Assembly (NCBI GenBank): GCA_039714855.1
Contig: JBDLIL010000001.1
Coordinates: 1 to 55,502, forward strand
DNA: 55,502 bases
Direction: 5' to 3'
Source of the DNA: Patescibacteria group bacterium
GTDB lineage: Bacteria; Patescibacteriota; Microgenomatia; UBA1400; PJMF01
Shown here: positions 50,261 through 55,502 of the stretch, one piece after another
Numbering within the stretch: position 1 is the first letter of the stretch
Layout: each line of letters begins with the position of its first letter
Made by a program: the position numbers and the translations under genes
Notes under the pieces: model-generated
Told to the model about the DNA's origin: nothing
The model's database searches: none
The model's input: the letters and a program-made list of their open reading frames with translations, nothing else

Positions 50261-52831
50261 TTAATCAAAACTATCTCCTAAAATTTGCTCTGTTTCTTTT
50301 TCTTCGATGATAATTTCTGAAACTTTTCTAGATTCACCAGAAGCCTCTAGTTCTAGAATAACGTCAGGAGCATCTTGCAGTAAAGTATTTTTTTCCAATT
50401 CTAATGAACTAATAGGACTAATCAGCTCAGCATTTCTCCTAGAGCTTAAAATTAGATAAATAAGCAAAACAGAAAACAAAGAAAACACTAGCCCTAACAG
50501 CAAACCCAAACTCACCTTAAAGTTAAGAACTTTTTTTCCACGACTGAGCAACTTATTAACATTTCCGTCATGCTTCTTTTCAGTTTTATCTTTATCCTGA
50601 TTTTTTGCAACTTTTTTCTCATCTTTATCCTTATTTAATTTCAGTAGAGATACTTTTTGTTCGGTATTAGAACTAACTAGGCGCATATATATGGCCAAAA
50701 ATACAAATCCAGCTATCAAAATAACAATTAGCCCCCAAACTGCCAAAGTTTGTACCCCACCCACAAAACCAAAAACAGTGCCAATAGAACCAGCAGAAGC
50801 CACCAAAGTTTTCAAATCAGACAACTTAGATTTAGCTGCATCTAATTCAACCATAGCCTGCCTGTGAGCTCTAATTTTTGTTTCAGGAGTATGACTATTG
50901 CGTTGAAGAATTTTAATCTTGTCTAAATTTACATCAATATCAGCTTTAATGGTAGAACCCTGAGCGAAATAAGAAGTACCCTTAAGAGGCTCAAATAAGG
51001 TATCTGCCTGTTTTCGTAAAGAAGAAATCTCGTCATCGGGAATCACCCAAATGTCTTCTACTTCAACAGAAAAAGTTTTTGTTTCACTTTTATCAAGATC
51101 AATTTCTCCAAGAACATAAAATGAGTCTTTTTCAGCGTCATATGCCACAGACAAACCTTTATCAAATTTAATAATATTACTTTCTTCAACCTCATAGGGC
51201 AAATAGTATTTAATTGGAACCGTCTGGCTAATAGTACTGGAAGGGTTGCTTACCAGCGAACGAAAAACAATACTGCCATGTTCCAGCCAAATCATGTCAA
51301 CAGTTTCATCGGCATCTTGAGCCAGAAGTCTCAAATTGGTCTCAATTAACCCCGCCAGTGCGAGAGCTAGGTTTTCTCGGTGCTTATCACCTTTAGATTT
51401 AAGTGTCAGAATCTGTTCTGCTTGAGGAACCTGATTAATTAGTAAGACATTTTTCTGTATTTGAGTTAGTCTTTGGTCAATCTCTTTGGGCTCATAAGAC
51501 TCCCACCAAGCAAATAAATCATCAATTTCTTGAGAGTAACGTATCATATCTTGATTAGCCTGCTCCAGCCATTTGATAAAACCAAAAAGAGTCTCTTGAT
51601 CAAGATTATCTTCGTCTTGGCCAATGGCATCTCCAAGCTTGTCAAGGTGACCATCCACCAAGGTCAAATATTGCCTGGAAACCGCTGTTTTACCGCTGTT
51701 TTTTATTTCCCGACTCATATTACTTGTATTAGCTAGTGTCGAGGCTGCTTGGTCAGACAAATGAGAAATAACGTCATTATTCCAACTTTTAGCCAACCAG
51801 GAAATTTTAGAAACTATGTTTTTTTCTTCGTTTTCTTCACTATCGACAGTGGTTGCTCCTAGAATTCTTGAGGTGCTGCTTAACTCACTCAGAGCAAGTT
51901 GTGAAGAAACTTCATCCCAATCAATGACAACTGTTCTGACTTGTTGTTTTAAATTTTTGGTATCGAGCGAAAGACTCTCGGCAATATCTCTAGTTTTCTT
52001 AACTTTACTCTGAAAATCCGACTGAGTATCTGGTTTTTCTTCAATAAAAGTCTCAATAATTGGTTTATTAACTAATTGTTCCAATAAGGTTCTGTTAACT
52101 GCTATTTCATCGGAAAGATCTTCTGTTTGGGCAACAAGCGTATCAGTCTGATTAACAAGTGTAGTAGTGTTGTTAGCTAAAGTAGTAGTTGATGAATCGT
52201 TAGTTAATTCCCTATCAGAATGTCCCCAAATACTAGAAACCAAAGAACTAACACTATTTACAGAGCGAGAAGAATAACCCCAAATATCAGTTATTAAAGT
52301 ACCAAAACTACTCAAACTCCTATCTGGATAATCCCAAACATCGCTAGCTGTTAATGCGGCGGAATTCTGCAAATTTTCTCCAAAAGTATCAGTAGTAGCA
52401 TGGTCCGTTCTAGTAGCATCCCAAACAGCATCTTCTACTTGATCAGAAGTCAAAGTTGATAATGCATTGCCAATAACAAAACTTTTATCAATGCATAAGT
52501 ATTCAGTATCAATCGTGCAACACATTTGACTACGATATAAACCTTCAGTCTGAGAAGCTGTCGTAACTCCTATCGAATACCAGCCATCACTTTGAGAATC
52601 CATGACCACATCATCCAAATACAGACCGTCACTGGGATTCCTGCTAGTCAGAGTACAACTAGCCGTAGCAATCGGGGTGTATTCATCATCGTACAAAAAC
52701 TCACCAATTAAACAAGGATCTGATGGAGGACAAAGCCTATAATCCGTAGGACCAGCTCGAACTGGTTTTGCCAATATCAAAACAAATGAAGATAAAAACA
52801 AAAATAAAATAGCTACTCTTTTAATCAGCAT
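50261..52831 (-). CDS. 856-aa envelope protein: signal/anchor, Cys-rich head, W..R.L(T/S) repeats, long coiled-coil ectodomain, two C-terminal TM segments
   Basis: N-terminus MLIKRVAILFLFLSSFVLILAKPVRAG; 8 Cys within aa 34-113; AVWDATRTDHATTDTFGENL; DVWDYPDRSLS / DIWGYSSRSVN / SIWGHSDRELT. TMs at TLAVWGLIVILIAGFVFLAIYM and LGLLLGLVFSLFSVLLIYLIL. Confidence 0.7.
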   Translation of the reverse strand: MLIKRVAILFLFLSSFVLILAKPVRAGPTDYRLCPPSDPCLIGEFLYDDEYTPIATASCTLTSRNPSDGLYLDDVVMDSQSDGWYSIGVTTASQTEGLYRSQMCCTIDTEYLCIDKSFVIGNALSTLTSDQVEDAVWDATRTDHATTDTFGENLQNSAALTASDVWDYPDRSLSSFGTLITDIWGYSSRSVNSVSSLVSSIWGHSDRELTNDSSTTTLANNTTTLVNQTDTLVAQTEDLSDEIAVNRTLLEQLVNKPIIETFIEEKPDTQSDFQSKVKKTRDIAESLSLDTKNLKQQVRTVVIDWDEVSSQLALSELSSTSRILGATTVDSEENEEKNIVSKISWLAKSWNNDVISHLSDQAASTLANTSNMSREIKNSGKTAVSRQYLTLVDGHLDKLGDAIGQDEDNLDQETLFGFIKWLEQANQDMIRYSQEIDDLFAWWESYEPKEIDQRLTQIQKNVLLINQVPQAEQILTLKSKGDKHRENLALALAGLIETNLRLLAQDADETVDMIWLEHGSIVFRSLVSNPSSTISQTVPIKYYLPYEVEESNIIKFDKGLSVAYDAEKDSFYVLGEIDLDKSETKTFSVEVEDIWVIPDDEISSLRKQADTLFEPLKGTSYFAQGSTIKADIDVNLDKIKILQRNSHTPETKIRAHRQAMVELDAAKSKLSDLKTLVASAGSIGTVFGFVGGVQTLAVWGLIVILIAGFVFLAIYMRLVSSNTEQKVSLLKLNKDKDEKKVAKNQDKDKTEKKHDGNVNKLLSRGKKVLNFKVSLGLLLGLVFSLFSVLLIYLILSSRRNAELISPISSLELEKNTLLQDAPDVILELEASGESRKVSEIIIEEKETEQILGDSFD

Positions 52832-52881
52832 GACGATGGTTGTTTATAATTGCCTCCTTTCATGATATCCCAACTAGAAAT

Positions 52882-52920
52882 AAAAAAAAACTGACCAATC
52901 TATATAATCGGTCAGTTTTT
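52882..52920 (-). terminator. rho-independent terminator after tatA paralogue 4
   Basis: actgacc (52890-52896) pairs with ggtcagt (52910-52916). A9 run on the plus strand gives a U-tract on the minus-strand transcript. Confidence 0.65.
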
Positions 52921-52933
52921 ATATCAAACTATG

Positions 52934-53077
52934 CTACTTATCTTGCTTTTTAAATTCACGAATAGCATCAGCTAAACCACGAATAAACTCAGGAATCTTT
53001 TTGCCTCCAAAAAGAAGCAAGATTACCAAAGCCACTACTACTACTTCTGTAGTGCCAGCATTTCGAATTATCGACAT
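52934..53077 (-). CDS. tatA: TatA/E-family protein, paralogue 4 (47 aa)
   Basis: Hand translation: MSIIRNAGTTEVVVVALVILLLFGGKKIPEFIRGLADAIREFKKQDK. AAGGAAG Shine-Dalgarno sequence upstream. Confidence 0.75.
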   Translation of the reverse strand: MSIIRNAGTTEVVVVALVILLLFGGKKIPEFIRGLADAIREFKKQDK

Positions 53078-53105
53078 ATTCTTCCTTTTTATTACTAACT
53101 TTCAA

Positions 53106-53843
53106 TTACTTATTCAATAATAGCGCAATCTCAAAAAGAAATAAAGGGATCACCGCTAGTAGAGCCAAAGAAATAATATCCGTAGGAGGTAAAATAGCCG
53201 CGAACAACACCAAGAATGCATATACATACCTGCGTTTAGCAACAACATCTTTGTGTTTAACCAGCTGCAAACGCAATGCGACAGTTAATACTACTGGCAG
53301 CTGAAAAATAAATCCCAATGAAATTCCTGTAACAAGAATTTGTGCCAAAAAACCACTTAAATCCCAGATATTACCTATAGCAAAATCGCTTGAAGTTTGA
53401 GAAAAAATATTTATTACATACTGAATTACCCAAATACCAAAGCCAAAACCAAAAATAAAAAGAAGTACGCTGACGGGCAACATTTTAACAATCATTTTAT
53501 ATTCTTTAGGTTGCAATGCCGGCTTAATAAATTTGAGTACAAAATAGATGGCTATTGGAGTAGTCGCAATAATACCTATTGCCATCCCTGTCCGAATAGA
53601 CAAATCAATAAATTGGTACGGAGAAGTGAGAACCAAGTTGATATCATCTAGCTCAAATAAATTGATGAGCAAAGAAAGAATTTTCTTATAGTAAATAAAT
53701 CCCAAAGCAAAGGCCACAAAAAAAACGACTAACACCTTGGTAGACTCTTTTTTTATCTCTTCAAAGTAAGGCAAATATTCTGCCACTAAACTGGAATCAT
53801 CACCTGGACTCAAACCTTCACTCGGAGTTTTCTTGCTAAACAT
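53106..53843 (-). CDS. tatC: twin-arginine translocase subunit TatC
   Basis: Six-TM layout with ..YFVLKFIKPALQPKEYK.., ..FIFQLPVVLTVALRLQLV.. and ..AAILPPTDIISLALLAVIPLFLFE.., matching conserved TatC blocks. Confidence 0.85.
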   Translation of the reverse strand: MFSKKTPSEGLSPGDDSSLVAEYLPYFEEIKKESTKVLVVFFVAFALGFIYYKKILSLLINLFELDDINLVLTSPYQFIDLSIRTGMAIGIIATTPIAIYFVLKFIKPALQPKEYKMIVKMLPVSVLLFIFGFGFGIWVIQYVINIFSQTSSDFAIGNIWDLSGFLAQILVTGISLGFIFQLPVVLTVALRLQLVKHKDVVAKRRYVYAFLVLFAAILPPTDIISLALLAVIPLFLFEIALLLNK

Positions 53844-53861
53844 CGCTACAAAATCTCCAAA

Positions 53862-54044
53862 TTAATTATTGGATTTATCACCCTTAGAGCTTCCCTCATT
53901 GTCCTCTCCCTTCAAGCCCTTGGTAAACTCCTTACTTGCCTCTGAAAGTCCTCTCGTTAGCTCTGGAAGTTTTTTACCACCAAAAAGCAACACCATAACT
54001 AAAGCAATAATAATAAGCTCAGTGGTACCGATATTTCTTAGCAT
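53862..54044 (-). CDS. tatA: TatA/E-family protein, paralogue 5 (60 aa)
   Basis: MLRNIGTTELIIIALVMVLLFGGKKLPELTRGLSEASKEFTKGLKGEDNEG... GGGAGG Shine-Dalgarno sequence upstream. Confidence 0.8.
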   Translation of the reverse strand: MLRNIGTTELIIIALVMVLLFGGKKLPELTRGLSEASKEFTKGLKGEDNEGSSKGDKSNN

Positions 54045-54065
54045 TTCTAAACCTCCCTTTATTTA

Positions 54066-54096
54066 TGTGCACTCAAATAATATCTGTGACTCAAAT
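54066..54096. promoter_or_regulatory. direct repeat in a divergent promoter region (possible operator)
   Basis: tgtgcactcaaat (54066-54078) and tgtgactcaaat (54085-54096), 19 nt apart. The second copy is followed by ttagtgca, giving a partial inverted repeat with gtgcact. Confidence 0.25.
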
Positions 54097-54170
54097 TTAG
54101 TGCAACTGTTAGTTTTAAGCTAGTTGGCTTTTTAAAAAAGTAACAACAATTTTTATAGTACAATTAAGTA

Positions 54171-55502
54171 GTGACCAAAATCCTTTCAAAGTTACAAATC
54201 TCTAAATCTTTTTTAATCTTCTTGTTGCTAGGGATATTTTCCAGGTTTTATAATTTAACAAATCGGCTCTATTTTGTTTGGGATAACGGCAGAGATGCTT
54301 GGGCTATAGACAAAATCGTTCACGGCGACCTGGCTTTAATTGGTCACACTAGCGGCATTGCAGGATTCTTTTTGGGACCAGCCTGGTTTTATTTAGGCAG
54401 CATCGGTCACATTTTAGGAAAAGGAAATCCTTGGGTAATTTCGTATTGGTATATCTTAGTTACTGCTAGCTCTATTCCTATCTTTTGGCTTTTGAGCTCT
54501 TCCCTTTTTAGGGACAAATCATGGCAGCTGCTATCTAGCTATTTATTACTCTTGATACCTGCCAGCATTCACTGGAGCAGCTTTGTTTGGAATCCTATGA
54601 TTACTATTCCACTCATGGCAGGAACTTATTATTGCCTCCTAAAAGCTAGAAAGTCTAGAGTATTTTTAGTGACTAGTTTTTTCTTAATTGCCTTGGCCCT
54701 GCAATTTGAATTCGCCTATGCTGTATTCTTTATTCCTCCTTTATTTTTATTAATTCCTTGGATCAGAAAAAAAATTAATTTAAAAGATCTTTTATATTCT
54801 GCTATTGCGGTGAGCGCTACTTTAGCTCCCCAAATTTTATTTGAATTGCGAAATAAATTTATTATGACAAAATCACTGATAGCAGCTCTGACTGACAAAA
54901 GTAAATCGCTGTCATGGATAGATCTGTGGCAAAGCAGACCAGAAGCTTTATTTACCACTACTCAAAATCAAATATTCGGCAACTCTGTAATAGCAAAGCT
55001 CAGCATGATGCTTGTTTTAATAATTTTGGGAATAGGAGTGTTTTTATTATTAAGTAAAAAAATTAACAAAAAAAATTCTTATAAATGGCAAATTTCTTTT
55101 ATCCTAACTTTAATTCCTTATTTTTTCTTTATGCTATGGCGCGGAAACAATGGCAACTTCTTTGATTATTACTTAACTCCACACTTTGTTTTTGTTTTGC
55201 CCACGCTTTTGCTAATAATCCAATATATTGTTAAAGAAAAAATATTATCTTTTAAAAAAGTTAACTTTGGGCTGGCAATCCTGGGATTTTTACTAATCAC
55301 TGCTAACCTGGCTAGCATTAAACACATAAAAGATACTATTCTCTTTGTTGACAACCAAGCTGGCATGAAAACCATGAGCATCGCCATAGCTCAACTTTAC
55401 AATTGGCAAGATCAAGACGGTATAAATCAAGGAGTTTTTAGAATTTTCACCCCAAATAGAGAAACAGAGCATTATGATTACTTAATCCACTGGCAAGCTA
55501 AA
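54171..55502 (+). CDS. polytopic membrane protein, ArnT/PMT-like (GT-C, family 39-type) glycosyltransferase candidate; 3' end outside the window
   Basis: The frame is open from GTG 54171 (in-frame TAA at 54165) to the window edge, 444 codons. It is absent from the ORF track, presumably because no stop is reached. It has more than 10 hydrophobic segments and an early loop YFVWDNGRDAW. Confidence 0.5.
   Translation, partial: MTKILSKLQISKSFLIFLLLGIFSRFYNLTNRLYFVWDNGRDAWAIDKIVHGDLALIGHTSGIAGFFLGPAWFYLGSIGHILGKGNPWVISYWYILVTASSIPIFWLLSSSLFRDKSWQLLSSYLLLLIPASIHWSSFVWNPMITIPLMAGTYYCLLKARKSRVFLVTSFFLIALALQFEFAYAVFFIPPLFLLIPWIRKKINLKDLLYSAIAVSATLAPQILFELRNKFIMTKSLIAALTDKSKSLSWIDLWQSRPEALFTTTQNQIFGNSVIAKLSMMLVLIILGIGVFLLLSKKINKKNSYKWQISFILTLIPYFFFMLWRGNNGNFFDYYLTPHFVFVLPTLLLIIQYIVKEKILSFKKVNFGLAILGFLLITANLASIKHIKDTILFVDNQAGMKTMSIAIAQLYNWQDQDGINQGVFRIFTPNRETEHYDYLIHWQAK

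Noticed and set aside
1-55502. tRNA, rRNA or other conserved RNA genes
   Set aside because: Intergenic regions are short. I found no T-loop-like GTTCRANYC motif in a cloverleaf context and no rRNA-like segments. Without a covariance-model scan, small ncRNAs cannot be excluded.

Overview
AT-rich bacterial window read with the standard genetic code. It is densely packed with about 65 protein-coding genes. I found no rRNA, tRNA, CRISPR array, transposase or integrase by eye. The gene content suggests a reduced-genome Patescibacteria/CPR-like organism, which is an inference and not a measurement. That content includes a short AlaRS, a sortase, an RRM/RGG RNA-binding protein, a LemA-TPM pair, many small membrane proteins and almost no biosynthetic pathways. 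Positions 1-25 kb are mostly housekeeping genes: murD 3' end, alaS, rodZ-like, yqeY, prmC, rplJ-rplL, typA, sodA, thiol-redox genes and a COG0523 GTPase. This half also carries a family of short GC-rich hairpin repeats, some of them in-frame inside conserved genes. Positions 25-55 kb are accessory and hold four features of interest. (1) A tight minus-strand operon (27.3-34.5 kb) encodes leaderless, Lys-poor, Thr/Ser/Gly-rich beta-helix or fibre-like proteins, a two-domain glycosyltransferase and a Cys-cluster protein. It runs divergent from a 751-aa secreted multidomain protein. (2) A sensory island (36.9-46.9 kb) has two histidine kinases, three receiver-only response regulators, an output-less dCache membrane sensor and a stand-alone PAS protein. 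It encloses a translationally coupled pair made of an unknown protein and an E1/ThiF-like protein. (3) A 6.2-kb minus-strand block (47.9-54.0 kb) holds tatC plus five tatA paralogues. These are interleaved with an 856-aa envelope protein, a PrsW-like protease, a RibD_C-like reductase and a 174-aa fibre-like protein that shares motifs with the proteins in (1). (4) The window ends in a truncated GT-C-like membrane glycosyltransferase. All functional calls come from motif recognition by eye. No database search was run.
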